A stretch of DNA of 64,000 nt from Eledone cirrhosa (taxonomy: Eukaryota), in assembly GCA_964016885.1 (NCBI GenBank), contig OZ024753.1, forward strand, positions 19,406,001-19,470,000. Direction: 5' to 3'. This document shows, one piece after another, positions 12,210-26,998 of this stretch. A model generated the notes under the pieces. That model did not search any database, was not told the origin of the DNA, and saw only the letters and a program-made list of their open reading frames with translations. Position 1 is the stretch's first letter; each line of letters begins with the position of its first letter. The translations under genes were made by a program, and so were the position numbers.

Positions 12210-12850
12210 AGTGCCACCTCGTTATCGAATATGGCCATTGCACGATATACCATTATTAATAATTATTAATTAATTCTATCGTGGTTGACTTTGCCTTTCC
12301 TCCTTACGGGGTCGATAAAATAAAGTACCAGTAATGCACTGGTTCATTGCTGGCCTTGTGCCTAATGTAGAAACAATTAATTAATTATATCGTGCAATAC
12401 CTGTGCGTGAAGATATTTTTTAAAGTGAGGAAAGACTGTGCACTGAGCCAATCCCACTCCCTGAGCGACAGTAGCTATAACCCGAAAAGAAGAAAAGATC
12501 AACATCATCAGTAACTACTGAGCAACAGGTTTTATATCGGAGTTATCCCAGTTTCCCGAGTTACCTTCTCCTAGAAGAATGCCCTGACAAAGGGTAGGGG
12601 TCCTTCACTCCCAGTGGTTTAACAACGCGGTACATGTCTATATACATATTTACACACTTTTGGATGGCCGTTGACTCTCATGAGTTCTTCCGCCCTTTGT
12701 CAGGTTTTGTATTTTGTCCTGCAGGGTGTCCAAAATCACCCTCCTCACTAAGTAAACTTGGTGGTGTTGCCGGTTTAGTCACCGACGACTCGACCATGTG
12801 ACAGGTTGTACTGGGTTACATGTTACCAGTAGTACTCAAGAGTGACCCGA
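12210..12850 (-). mobile_element. Non-autonomous bipartite RTE-derived element (5' UTR-like part plus 3' end), interrupted by a SINE
   Basis: 12660-12850 is homologous (reverse) to 58053-58230; 3' terminus TCGTGCAATGGCCATATTCGATAACGAG resembles 57694-57730; paralogue at 37295-37585. Confidence 0.7.
12283..12376 (+). mobile_element. 5'-truncated SINE family 1 insertion with about 19 bp target-site duplication
   Basis: Flanked by ATTAATTAATTCTATCGTG / ATTAATTAATTATATCGTG; empty site present at about 37348-37366. Confidence 0.8.
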
Positions 12851-13495
12851 CATGCAAACATGCATACATACATAAACACACACATACATGCAAACACACA
12901 CACACATAAACACATACATACATACATGCACACATACATATGCAATACATACACACACACATACACACACACATACACATACATAAACACATACATACAT
13001 ACATACATACATACTAAGCGTATTTTTTTAATCAGTAACACGCAATAAAAATATTATTCATGAGATATAATAATCCCACAAACCATCGAAGATCATAATC
13101 GTTTTATATATCCACAAATACATTTATTATCGTAAAAATATTTGTATTTTATTTTATTTTTAGTTTCAAGAATTTGGGATGTTTAGTTATGTAATTCGGG
13201 GTTAAAAATGTATCTCAGACTTACATTATCAATTTCTCAAACACGCGAACATGAGAATTCATTACCTGTAACAAATATAAAATTATATTTTATTTTTACT
13301 CCTATTATTTCCAACCAATGAATGAAAGATTGAAATTTTACATTCAGAAAATCCATTATCATTACAACCGTTGATTTAGCACAGATCATGTATATGTTGG
13401 TGGATGAAAACTTGCCAAGAATGAGAAAAACTCACGAGTTGTTTTACATATCTCCCTTTCTTCCTGTCTTTCTCACTCTCAGCGTCTGGTAAGAA

Positions 13496-13647
<152 letters not shown>

Positions 13648-13787
13648 CAAAGCATTCATTTCATTTTATATTCCGTTTTATTCCAGAGTTTAGAAAAACA
13701 CAAATACGGAGTAACGAGTTATGCACATTGTCATACTTGTATGCATACACACAAACATTCACACACACACACACACATACACACACA

Positions 13788-13861
<74 letters not shown>

Positions 13862-14629
13862 TATATACATATATATGTATATATATATATAGAGAGAGAG
13901 ATAGGTGTACATTCATACGGACATATGTGCATACAAACACATGTATATATACATATATACATATATAAATACATGCATAGATACATACATGCATATATGT
14001 ATACATATATGCTTCCATACATGCATACATACATGACAAGACAGGAAAACATATATTTAATATAGTAATTTCTTTTCAATATTAAGATATATAAAACCGA
14101 GGTAGAATTGAACAGAAAAGCCAATATAATGTGTGTAATGAAGTAGATATTTGTTTCAATTGATTTTAAATATCAACTTTTAAAATTTCTCAACCAAATA
14201 TTTTGCGAATCTGTTCACTTTATGGTATTTTTAATGGCCATATTGCGAGACTTGTGATGGAATACAAAAGCAAACAACATTCATCTAAATATTTCATTAT
14301 TGAAGAAAAACGCAGAAATAAAAAAAGCCCCTGAATAACATAAGATAATTCAATGTAAACCACAACCCAAACATTAAAAAAAATAATTACCACCTTCAAA
14401 TTGCTCACTAAACTTACGATATAAATCTGGCATTTAAAACAGCGGCTAGTGCATCAATTCTATTGGAAACACATCGTGTGTATTTTAAATAAAGAGAAAC
14501 ATTGAAAATCAGAAATCACACAACTTGTACATGAAGATATTAAATTTACTATATTAAATATGGCGGGAGTAATACAGATTACGTAGGACAATCGGAATTA
14601 ACTCTAAGGAACAGAGTCACTGTTCCCAA

Positions 14630-14687
<58 letters not shown>

Positions 14688-14691
<4 letters not shown>

Positions 14692-14877
14692 AAAAAGAAT
14701 TACCCCGACGGCAGTGCTCAAGCCGTTTCGACGGCTATTTCAGTCCAGAAATAGCCGTCGAAACGGCTTGAGCTCTGCTTCGGGGTCATTCTTTTTCCTA
14801 TTACCTACTCTACTACCCTAAGTATTGAGTACTCTAGTGCGTTATAGTCCATCTGGTTCCTTACCACAATTCCTTCG

Positions 14878-14880
<3 letters not shown>
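14688..14880. mobile_element. GAAACGGCTTGAGCTC-family element with short 5' inverted duplication, between (TA)n tracts
   Basis: 14688-14741 is the reverse complement of 14748-14800; centre AGTCCA. Confidence 0.8.
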
Positions 14881-14935
<55 letters not shown>

Positions 14936-15116
14936 CCAAAATTAAATTAAGGATGCCATATCTGAGAAACATGCGCCATAACCTCTGTAGAATATGCTCA
15001 GATTCCAATGAATAGATCCGACGATTTATATCAACTAGAAATCGATTAACATATATACAAAATAAACATATGAAACAATCACAGGGGATAATTTATAAAG
15101 AGTGTAAGCACACACC

Positions 15117-15157
<41 letters not shown>

Positions 15158-15158
<1 letters not shown>

Positions 15159-16167
15159 TCATAAAACATGTCTATAAAATCACCAGATAAAATATATACC
15201 ATTTTCTCTCCCAATTAACATAATTAACTATATAAAAAATCGAATAAACCAGGCTATAAGAATAAGGCTTCTATGAAGAAATCTCCAACAAATAACCGAC
15301 ACTAGCCCTTCGCGTCGGCCGCAACGGAATATTTATGGAATATTTCCACAGCGTAATCGCCCAGATACAGTCAATTAAACAGAATTAGGTGTAAAATAAA
15401 CTAGGAGAAAATAGAATGCATTTAAATACATCTACCGTGGTTTCGTCCGGATATTGTGATTTCCAATTATTATGTAACTCGAGCATTTGGTCTCTTCAGG
15501 AGATTTGCTCTGATCCAGACACTAAATTTTCCAAAGTGATCGCGCCAAGAATTCTTTCAAAATGGCTAAGAATCGTGACGTTAGCAGCGGTCAGGTTGGA
15601 AGTGGTGTGGTAGTTGCTTACGGCTGGTGGCTTTTTTGCTAGAAAGCACAGCACAATACAGCCAAATTTGTAACTCAACCTAATGGGAGATTATTACATA
15701 TAAAAGTTTACATATATATATATATATATATATACATACATGTTTTGCAACGGGTTACTTTATGGCTCAATGAAAATTTAATAAATTAAATAATCAGAAC
15801 TATATATCATAAAACTTGTCTATAGAATTACCAGATAATATATATACCATTTCATCTCCCAATTAGCATAATTAACTATATAAAAAATCGAATAGACCAG
15901 GCTATAAGAATAAGGCTTCTATGAAGAAATCTCCAACAAATAACCGAAACTAGCCCTTCGCGTCGGCCGCAACGGAATATTTATCGAATATGTCGACAGC
16001 GTAATCGCCCAGATACAGTCAATTAAACAGAATTAGGTGTAAAATAAACTAGGAGAAAATAGAATACATTTAAATACCTCTACCATGGTTTCGTCCGCAT
16101 TTTGAGATTTCCAATAATTATGTAACTCGAGCATCGGACTCTTCAGGAGATTTGCTCTGATCCAGAG
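15158..16167. repeat. Direct duplication of about 360 bp (15158-15518 and 15807-16167)
   Basis: Two highly similar copies, each starting after a TA-rich tract. Confidence 0.85.
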
Positions 16168-16193
16168 CATATATATATATATATATATATAAA

Positions 16194-16238
<45 letters not shown>

Positions 16239-17511
16239 ACAGATTAAAGTTTAAGCATTGGCTCTAGGGTTATCTTATATATTCTATATATGTTTATCCT
16301 TATCGAGCGCTCTGGGGATTTTAGTCTTCACATTTATTATTTTTACTATATATATATATATATCCAATCCAAGACAGGGCCTTCTCACTCATGTTGGCGG
16401 AATCCTTCCTTGGTTGACCCATATCCAATCCAGGGCCTTCTAACTCATGCTAGAGGAAACCCACCTTGGTTGAGCAACACTATTTTCTATTTGGTTTTGG
16501 TCATGTCATGGTTGTAGCCTCACTTCCCACAATCGGCCAATTGTTGTAGATGAGGCTAATTAGCCCTTTATTGCGGTGGAAGGTCCTTGGGTTTGAGAAG
16601 TTCATCCACCCTTTTAACAATTCTTTTTTTTTTCTCTGCTGCTGGGGTTGCACTTATCCTCCTGACTACACCAGGTTCTAGTCAGGAAGCCGTTTAATCC
16701 CCGACGACTCAACCTTTAAACAGGTTGTACTTGCTTACATGGTACCAGTAGCAGACAGAAGCCTGACTTGATCATAAATACACGATTAAATGATAAAAAA
16801 TCAATAGCAAGCGTATAATAAGGATACAGGAGAACGAGAAACCGTAGAAGGATATTTCAAGTGTCTAAAACAACTTAAACCATTAAAATAGAATCAATAT
16901 TTTAGACATAGTAACAAGATTACGATAAAATCTGTTCATCTTAAAATGTCAATATCTTGCATTATATTTTATTGAAGATATTTTTATTAAGTAATGTTTC
17001 AAACATCAGCTTACTATATAAAGGTTATTATTTCATTAAGTTCTTAAAATCTTCAAAATGACATAATATATATAAAGACAGTGACTTTAATTAGAAAAAC
17101 AGTTTTAAAAATCGGGATAATGCAGTAACTGGTATTAAAATCGAACATAATGTATCTAGAAGAACCAGACACAGCAACCTACTCAATAACGGTTGAGTGA
17201 CTGAGGTCGGAAAGGACCTCACTTGATAATGTTCTTGTCGGATTTTTATATATTGCAAATTGTATCGAAAACATATTTTTTCGTGTAAATACATGTATGC
17301 CGAACCATCTCACTACTGGATGGACTTGCATGGCCACCGGCATATCACAATAATTGCATAACTGTACCAATGATTGCGTAAACTTCCGACGAAGTTACAT
17401 GAATAACCATGTAACAGAAATATGTACATAATGCAATAAATAATTATGGTGATGTAATCACGTCTTTACTACCTTTATTTATTTATTTATTTATTTATTT
17501 ATATATATATA

Positions 17512-18275
17512 TCGTTTCTGAATTTGTTTAGTAAGATTCTTTATCTGAATTCGTGTGTTGAAACCGATATTGTTATACTTTGGGAGGGTCATGTTGCCAA
17601 TAAGAAATACACGCACCAGTTGCTTTCACTTCAATTTATTATAATAAATTTATAAATGAACACTGGCGAGACCTTCAAGATAGTAAATAATCATCTGTAC
17701 TCTACCAACATGCTAAAATAGAACATAAGGGTAAATTAGAGAACATAGAAATAAAAATAGAATCTACACACAGAAAAGACGCAATGTTTACACAAATCAC
17801 AGAGGCAATAAACATAAAAGATTACAACCAACATTAAATAGAAAATATGAGTGGAACAGCAACATCACAACTTACAATTAAGGACAAAATGAAAACACAC
17901 ACACACATAGAACAAACAACCAACCGGTAACATGTAAATAAACAAATAAATAAACAAATATAAACACACACAGACACCCGGATGTGGCGCATGCGCAGAC
18001 TGAGCACACAACACACACACAGAAACAAAATGGCGTAGGACAGAACAAAGGAGAGGCACAAAAACAAAGAAAAGAATCCCCAGTCACTGAAGAGGTCACA
18101 TAATGTATGACGAAAGAACTTTGACAATATATAAACAACTATCTGGTTGTGGAACCAACCAACCAACCAGAAATTTATAAATTCTTAAATTTATAAATTT
18201 ATTATAATAAATTGAAGTGAAAGCTCTCGTGCGTGTGTTTCTTGTTGGCAACATGACCCTCCCAAAGTATAACAA
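17512..18275 (+). mobile_element. PLE 3' fragment with inverted terminal segment (inverted pLTR)
   Basis: 17658-18275 is the reverse complement of 9215-9830; 17572-17657 is the reverse complement of 18190-18273. Confidence 0.85.
18083..18125 (+). ncRNA. Minimal type-I hammerhead ribozyme in PLE 3' UTR
   Basis: GUCA-CUGAAGA-G-GUCA-loop-UGAC-GAAAG-AA-CUU-UGAC. Confidence 0.75.
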
Positions 18276-18498
18276 TATATATATATATAGATATATATAT
18301 ATTGTATACTTTGGAAGGGTCATATTGTTGTAATAATATTGCCAGAAATAATAAGAGAACACACTCACTGTTTGGTTGATTTTCGCTTCTGTATCTTTTA
18401 TATCTCCACAGTTAATTTATTTGGTCCTCAATGTTACCTGACTGACCAACGGTCAAAAATACAGATATGATATAGATATAAACACATATATATAGCCT

Positions 18499-18537
18499 AA
18501 AAGTTATTTCGTTGCATATATGCAACATCATCAGTGG
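18499..18537 (-). ncRNA. Hammerhead motif with compensatory stem II
   Basis: CUGAUGA-U-GUUGCA(UAUA)UGCAAC-GAAAU-AACUU; stems I and III degenerate. Confidence 0.65.
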
Positions 18538-18792
18538 TCCTATTATGTTCCTACTGTTGTATTGTATATCTACGCAATCTTTATTTTATCTGTTTATTTA
18601 TTTATTTATTTTTGTCTTCTCTGCGCATGCGTTTGCGTGTGTGTATATTGTTTGGTGTGTATTCGCGATTGGATGACTGTGTTTTGGTTATTGTATTCTA
18701 TCTTAGTTTACTAGTGTGTGTTTATATGTGTTTGTTGTTATTATGCTTGTGTATATATTTATTTATTTATCTATTTATATTTCTCTTAAGTT

Positions 18793-18970
18793 AATTGTTT
18801 CTACTTTAGGCACAAGGCCAGCAATTTCTCAGTACATTACTGGTACTTTATTTTATCGACCCCGTAAGGATGAAAGGCAAAGTTAACCTCGGCGGGATTT
18901 GAACTCAGACTTTAAAGGGACGTAACTATGCTAGAAAGCATGGCGTCCAACCCTCTAACGATACTGCCAA
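18793..18970 (-). mobile_element. SINE family 1, near full length
   Basis: Reverse complement of the TTGGCAG...GAGTTCAAATCCCGCC...GTAGAAAC consensus. Confidence 0.88.
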
Positions 18971-19152
18971 TATTATTTGTTTGGGTGTTGTTGTTATTCC
19001 ATTCATTTATTTTTCATTTTTTCATTTTCTTTATTACTTTTTTTAGACACACGATTTCGTATCAAAAACCTCGTAAAACAAATACATATATATATTTAAA
19101 GTGATGAAATACCAATGATGGTTGGAAGATCACTCATGAAGGACTAACTTTA

Positions 19153-19241
<89 letters not shown>

Positions 19242-19247
19242 CTGCTT

Positions 19248-19276
19248 TACCAGGGAAAGCCGGGTACCTCAGCTAG

Positions 19277-19277
<1 letters not shown>
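19248..19277 (+). mobile_element. Helitron-like 3' terminus
   Basis: GC-rich imperfect hairpin CCAGGGAAAGCCGGG followed 8 nt later by CTAG-T. Confidence 0.5.
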
Positions 19278-20477
<1,200 letters not shown>

Positions 20478-20914
20478 TATATATATATATATATATATTG
20501 AGTAAATGTTGGTTGTTTACCGACACCTCACTATGCAGGTTGGAGCAATCGGCAAAGTACGCAGGCTGGTTTGTTTACTCCGGAGTAATGTTAAATAAGT
20601 AAGTCAAATATGTTAAATTTTGCTTCGTTTATTATACATTCTATGCTATATATATTTCAGTGACAGCTATTATTGGCTGTGACCTCACTGCCTAATGAGG
20701 TCACAGCCAATATATGTGTATATATGCATGTATTTTTTTAGGCCAGCCAGCACGGTGGTGGCGAGGTTGATGCGCTAGGTCAACCAAGAGCTCTCAAGAG
20801 CTTCACCACTTAACTTTGTTAGGCGAGCGGCCAGTGAGGATAGGAGTCTCGCAGTTAGTAGCCCGACTACCCCAAACGTCTTCAACGCCACAGTCGCGAT
20901 TGGTAGCATGGGTA

Positions 20915-21192
20915 TTACGCATGTATTGCTTAGTAGAAAAGGTTCGACTTCCACTAATAGAGGACCCTGCAGCGTTTAACCATATATTGCTTACAGACCG
21001 TAATAACGAAGCTAAGCACTTCAAAAGCTATGTTATCCGATATATTGCAGTGTTTCATATGAGGTCCTTTGGAGCTGAAACAAGATCATACTGACTATGG
21101 TTATTTCACACCATTCAAAATCCAAGGCCAATGCTACCATTTAATCGGCAGTTTACTCCCCCAGCCGAATAAGGAGGATTTAGGATTTATGT
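20915..21192 (+). pseudogene. Helitron Rep/Hel N-terminal fragment
   Basis: KVRLPLIEDP...AKHFKSYVIRYIAVFHMRSFGA, then GYFTPFKIQGQCYHLIGSLLP; resembles the Helitron KHFL.NIR.YN..F.MTSFGA...FKIQGQ.YH.IGSLLP block. Confidence 0.8.
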
Positions 21193-21557
21193 AAACCCCT
21201 CTCTTGCGTACACACACACGCACACACTCACTCACTTCTGTGGAACGCTGCACGCACACACACACACGCACGCGCACGTACATACACAGACGTACGCATG
21301 TTGATAGTTTTTACTTTCCTTCCCCTTTTATTTCCACACACATCCCGCACACATGTATCTACATTGACATATACATACGGTATCAAGCATACAGCGTCTC
21401 TCTCTCCGGCTATCCTCCTCTCTTTCTGCCAGCATTCTGTCGCCTTCTAGAATATGCATGTAGTATCTATCAATATGTGTTTCTCTCGCCCGCACATATG
21501 CTCTCTCACGCTCTGTAACACTTCCTCTATTTTAGTCAATGTCTCTCTCTCTCTCAC

Positions 21558-21650
<93 letters not shown>

Positions 21651-22050
21651 ATCTCTCTCTCTCTCTCACACACACTCACTCACTCATTCACCCACTCACT
21701 CACACTATTTACATTTTTCCCTCTATCGAAAACAATTGTCACGAATGAGTCTCTCTGTTTCTTTCTCTCCCCTCTCACTCACACATTGGCATTATGCCCA
21801 GACATACAAATACACAGAGACAACTGCTAATATATGGATATGTGTGTGTGTGTGTGTGTGTAAACTAGCGTTCGTTGTCAATCTCTCTCTCTCCCTATCT
21901 CACTATCTAACACTGTAATTGGATCCTTCTCCGTATAACGACCAATCATTCTCTCAATCTGCCTCTCCCTCTGTGTCTCTCTCTCTTTAGATGTGTGTGC
22001 ATATGTGTGTGTGTATATATGTGTGTTTGTGCGTGTGTGTCTAGTTTTCG

Positions 22051-22093
22051 TGTGATGCAACCAACCAACCAATAAACATCTCTCTTTTATATC

Positions 22094-22181
<88 letters not shown>

Positions 22182-22229
22182 ATATATGATATAAAAGAGA
22201 GATGTTTATTGGTTGGTTGGTTGCATCAC
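22051..22229. repeat. Inverted repeat (about 45 bp arms) around a (TA)n tract
   Basis: GTGATGCAACCAACC...ATATCAT and its exact reverse complement flank the microsatellite. Confidence 0.9.
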
Positions 22230-22270
22230 TGATGATTTCTAATGAATGAAACAGTTCTAGTCCTGTAGAA
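22229..22270 (+). ncRNA. Hammerhead motif lacking the 5' strand of stem I
   Basis: CUGAUGA-U-UUC(UAAU)GAA-U-GAAACAG-loop-CUGUA; homologue at about 37606-37646 with a different stem II loop. Confidence 0.65.
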
Positions 22271-22429
22271 TCTCTTCTATATTAAAACTATATATATATA
22301 CTCTTTTACTCTCTTACCCGTTCCAGCCATCCGGCTGAGGCAATGCTGGGGCACCGCCCTTAAAAAATCCGTGTTTCGAACAAGGGATTCGAACACGGAC
22401 CCCCAGGGTACACACACACATACACACAC

Positions 22430-22519
<90 letters not shown>

Positions 22520-22899
22520 TAAAATGTAGTTTGCTTGAAGCATTGTTTAAAGTTAAAAGTGGTAAAAGGCTAAACAATGCAAAATTATATAACGAAAAGT
22601 AATTTATCTGGTAATCTTTGCTTTGTTGTTGTTGTTGTTCTTTTTTTCTGTCCAATAATTTGGGCCCCAAAAGTCCCTTCATTAGGGTTTAAGGAACCTT
22701 CACTGCATAACGTTCCAATTTCTTCTCTTTGGGATTAAATTTTGATTTCGATTAAACATTTTTCTAAGTCGTTTTCAATCATTTTTCGATGGTTTCTTCG
22801 CTTTTCCACGTGAATGACGTCAATTGCCAATATATTATTTCATGAAATCAATTTTCTTTTTTGTATGAGATGTTTAGTTTGTGTGCCTGTGGGTTTGTC

Positions 22900-23350
22900 T
22901 TTTTATTTCAAGTAATGTGTGCTGAATTCTAATCTATTATTTATTTCCGGGTTGAGTCTACGTATGAGCAAGGCTTCCCTAATTCTTAAGTTGCCCACAT
23001 TTCTATCACTGGCTCTAATGGTAATAGTAATATGTTGGTTGATGTTTCTACATTTGTCGATGTGGTTTTTGAATGATGATGCGTGTATTCAGGTGTTATT
23101 TAATGCGAGTTTGGAGTGCTCAAGTCGCGCTACCAATGTCGAACTCATTACATTTGTTGCATTCAATCCGGTATACCACATGTGTCCGTTGGCACATACC
23201 TGTATCGTAGATAGGGCAGTTAGTCAGCAAGCATTGACTGTCGTTGTCTCTGGATTGCTTCTTAGACAGGTATTCACGCAGTGAAGGGCCGGAGTGTTCT
23301 AATTGTATTTCTTGTCATTCTTTGCGGATAGCTCTGCGGATAGCTGTGGT
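22900..23350 (-). pseudogene. PLE GIY-YIG endonuclease remnant (distinct family)
   Basis: Minus-strand frames give VVYRIECNKCNEFDIG...RIK.H and LRIREALLIRRLNPEINNR. Confidence 0.75.
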
Positions 23351-23479
23351 TATGTTTTAAAGTATAGCTATATATATATATATATATATATGGTGGGTAA
23401 TAATAAATAGTATCCAATTATATGTATGAAATAGCTAGATGTAAAATAACAAGAATAATACAGAGCTGAAATACATTGC

Positions 23480-23730
23480 AAAGGGTAATCAAAGAGTGTT
23501 TAATCTTTCAAATATTTAATAATCAGAGACGATCGTTTCATCCTAGAACAAGGCCAGAATCATGGGAGTTGATATGTTTCCTCCTAATGTTCTTGTGACA
23601 ATGTTTTGATTTTATATTTGAGTTTCACTTTTGTTATCAACTCCGATGATAGCGGCCTTGTGCTAGGATGAAACGACCGTCAGTGATTAAATGTTTCGAA
23701 GATTAAACACTCCTTCATTATCATTTACAT
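23480..23730. mobile_element. Diverged inverted repeat with a degenerate hammerhead on each arm (23522-23573 minus, 23636-23687 plus)
   Basis: CCGAUGA...GAAAC-GACC-GUC on plus; GAAAC-GAUC-GUC on minus. Confidence 0.6.
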
Positions 23731-24315
23731 TGTATATATATATACCGAGACTGATGGTCGTGTTGGCAGTTAACTGTGTTGTGGTGTTGATTCTTTTATT
23801 GCATGTGTGCTCACTTGTAGCTTGCTGAGTGGTTTGGTGACTGTTGTGTGATACAGTAGGATCAGCGATTGCCAATTGCGCGTGTGCAGCTAAGTGAGTA
23901 CGTGCTCATTAAGATGATGATATCATTTTCCTTGATCACTCAGAAAATACATATATACACCGAAACTATACAGAAAATACACAAGAATTATGGACGTCTG
24001 TTTGTAAAAGTTGTATTAAAGTTCCAATTACCAAAAAACTTCATGAACTTCACTGGCTTGGTCGAGAGAGTGACCAAGAGATAGAGATTGAGTGAATGAG
24101 AGAGAGGGAGAGAGTCAGAGTAAGACCCAAAGTGTCTGTGGAAAGCAGTAGTTTACATATTTACTCTATGAAGAATCGCTTCGCACTGCCTTAAGAACAT
24201 ATATTTGCTTTCAGCTTAAAATGACCGTTAGCTGTCATTTAAGCATTCAACTAATATATTCCTCCCAAATACTGTACCGATTGTGTTATTTCTGTTTACC
24301 GTTTACTCACATACA

Positions 24316-24433
<118 letters not shown>

Positions 24434-24487
24434 ATTAAAAAACGGAGTTAAAGACACAGATTAATCCTCTGTAATTCAATGACCTCA

Positions 24488-25075
24488 AGATATTATTTTA
24501 ATTTCTATGTTGTCGATATGACCATCATGTCTTTTTCTGTCGTGTTCATATAGTACCGAACCGTTTTTTTGTTGTCCTTTTAGTTCCCCCTGTGTTGGTC
24601 TATTCTTCCTCCTATGCTTCGAGCTGTCTCACCTATGTATGTCGTTGTCATGTTTCTGCAAGTACCCTCTGTACGTTTTATGCTATAGACTACATTTCTA
24701 GTCTTTCAATTTATCTGGGTGTTCCTTCTACATATAACACAGTTCTTATTAGTACAGTGGGTTTACTTAAAGGGGTTTCGCTGATCGGGAATGTGATGGT
24801 AGTTATCTAAACATAGAAATGACTCAACACAATTGCAAACGCATGCATAATAAGAGACAAAGAATAAATCAGTAAATTGAATAAATAAAAATAGGGTAGA
24901 TATTACAATACAACGGGAAGGAAAATAATAGTACAACTGATGATGTCACAGGTGTGTGACGAAAGAACTTTGATAGACTATATATATATATATACATTTA
25001 TATCTGTATTTTTAACCGTTGGTCAATCAATTGTTTTGACACAATTTCATATAAAAAACCTTGCAAAGCAAATTC
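24488..25075. mobile_element. PLE fragment with internal inversion: GIY-YIG part on minus (24488-24800), 3' part on plus
   Basis: Minus part is homologous to 11590-11875 (NVVYSIK, YIGETARSIG); the plus part resumes at TATCTAAACATAGAAATGAC. Confidence 0.8.
24934..24973 (+). ncRNA. Minimal hammerhead motif in PLE 3' UTR
   Basis: CUGAUGA-U-GUCACA(GGUG)UGUGAC-GAAAG-AA-CUU. Confidence 0.75.
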
Positions 25076-25726
25076 ATATATACATATATATATAAATATA
25101 TACATACGGATATATATATAAATATATATATATATATTTGGTTGATTTTGGCCTGATCGCACTTGCGTCGTAAACCTCTTTTGGATTAACTTCCTCCATT
25201 CTCCCCCCTCTCTCTCTATCCCTTTTACTCACGCGCCTCTGTCCTCTACATACTCTCACTTCGGGTTTCTCCGTCTTTCTCTCTCTCTCTCTCTACACTC
25301 ACTTTACTGAGAATCGCCACGGAAAAACCTTGCTCCTCAGTTATACAGCCACCGGGCTTATACCCATCGGCCTGGTATAACTTGATCTATTTTCTCTTCG
25401 GTTACTCACATACATATGCAATTGTCCTGTGTTCCCACTTCTATCGGTATGGTTTACTTCGTTTTTTCCTTTTTCCTTTTTTTTCTTCTTCCATTTTTCT
25501 TTTTTTCTCTCTCTTCACTATCACTTCTTTCTTTCATGGCTTTTTGATAGATAAAATGGCATGGCCGCACTACGGATAGATATTCTGTTTTAAGCGCCGA
25601 AACAGCTATGATCCGTAGTAAACTGCTGACGAATGGAAACTGTTCTTCTCTTGTTTATGTCCCGATTACCTTCTAACACTTCGTTTTTAGTAACCACACA
25701 TCCTCGCCTCTTTATATATATATATA

Positions 25727-25862
25727 TAACGAAGGAGTAAGGAACCAGATGGACCATAACGCACCAGAGTACTCAATACTTAAGGTAGTAGAGTCGGTGA
25801 TAGGAGAAAGTATGACTCCGACGGCAGAGCTCAAGCCGTTTCGACGGCTATTTCCGGACTAA
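25727..25862 (-). mobile_element. GAAACGGCTTGAGCTC-family element
   Basis: Reverse complement of 14745-14880; GAAACGGC-UUGAGCUCU-GCCGUC stem III with a GUC triplet. Confidence 0.75.
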
Positions 25863-26122
25863 AGTAAGAGTTTTTTTTAGTCTGGTAAATAAATAGCCGA
25901 ACCTTTCAAGTGGTACTTCCTTATATGGGAAGATTATAGTTGTCAAGAGGATTGGTCAAAATTTGTAGCAGACACAGAAAAGTATAATAATGAATTTGAA
26001 GACTAAAATCCAAAGATGGCACGTAAAGGATAAATATATATGAAATATATATGAACCCTAGAGCAAATATTGTTAAGGGCGAAAGCAGCGATTCTTTGCT
26101 TAAACTTTAATCTGTTATTTTA

Positions 26123-26200
<78 letters not shown>

Positions 26201-26372
26201 GGGGTAACAGATTATTGCTATAGGTAGTCCACTTAAGTGTAGTCCAGTTATGGTACTCCGGGTAGTAGATGACATCAACGCTTGGCTAAGTTTGTCTCAA
26301 CAACCCGTTTCCATAGTGATGTTGCGAGTACGCTGTAATTCCTATGTTGTAAACGCTTGGAGTAATGATAAC

Positions 26373-26962
26373 TCAGGAAAGAAGAGTGACACGGTTTGCT
26401 ATACAAAAATGGTTTTTAATCTCATTGCTGACAATTGTTTCTCTGAACTGGTAGGTCTAGAGATCGCTACCCGCTTGTTTTCACGTTAGTCTATCACCAA
26501 TACAAAGTTATAACCAGTCAATTCATCGGAGCTTGTGAGATGAAAGGAATATACAGGCATGGCTACTATATATAGTAGTAATGACATTCAATCAGAACAA
26601 TAACAACAATACTAACAATGCTAGCAATAAATTATTTGAAATAATCACAACATCAATCTAGGTGGGAAGTATAGTATATCTACGATTTTAGCGTGTAAAA
26701 CTAGCTGACATGAGGCAGATGTATAAAATTGACATGTAAAAGCTGTCATGGGGTGTATTATATATAGTGTAAAGATAAGCGGGTGGTTTTAAACAATGTA
26801 GGTCTAGTGGGCGCCAGAATCATTTATTATCACACAGATATCATAAAATACTCAATAGAAAAACTATAAAACTCTCATACTCTACCAGTTCAGAGAAACA
26901 ATTGTCAGCAATGAGATTAAAAACCTGTTTTGTATAACAAACCGTGTCACTCTTCTTTCCTG

Positions 26963-26963
<1 letters not shown>
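26373..26963. repeat. Inverted repeat pair of about 80 bp (26373-26454 and 26882-26963), each with GAAAC-AAUU-GUC
   Basis: Reverse-complementary arms about 430 bp apart; only the hammerhead 3' half is recognisable. Confidence 0.75.

Positions 26964-26998
<35 letters not shown>

Larger units (their letters stand above)
18302..19002 (-). mobile_element. PLE 3' end related to the 10040-11990 element, interrupted by a SINE
   Basis: 18974-19002 reads GAATGGAATAACAACAACACCCAAACAAAT on the minus strand, matching 11961-11990; terminus related to 18255-18273. Confidence 0.65.

Noticed and set aside
15301-15327. Helitron 3' end on minus (hairpin plus CTAGT)
   Set aside because: The hairpin is imperfect and directly abuts CTAG, and the duplicated sequence continues past it in both copies.
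15470-15502. Minus-strand CUGAAGA as a hammerhead (also near 16140)
   Set aside because: Followed by GAGUUAC rather than GAAA, with no convincing stems.
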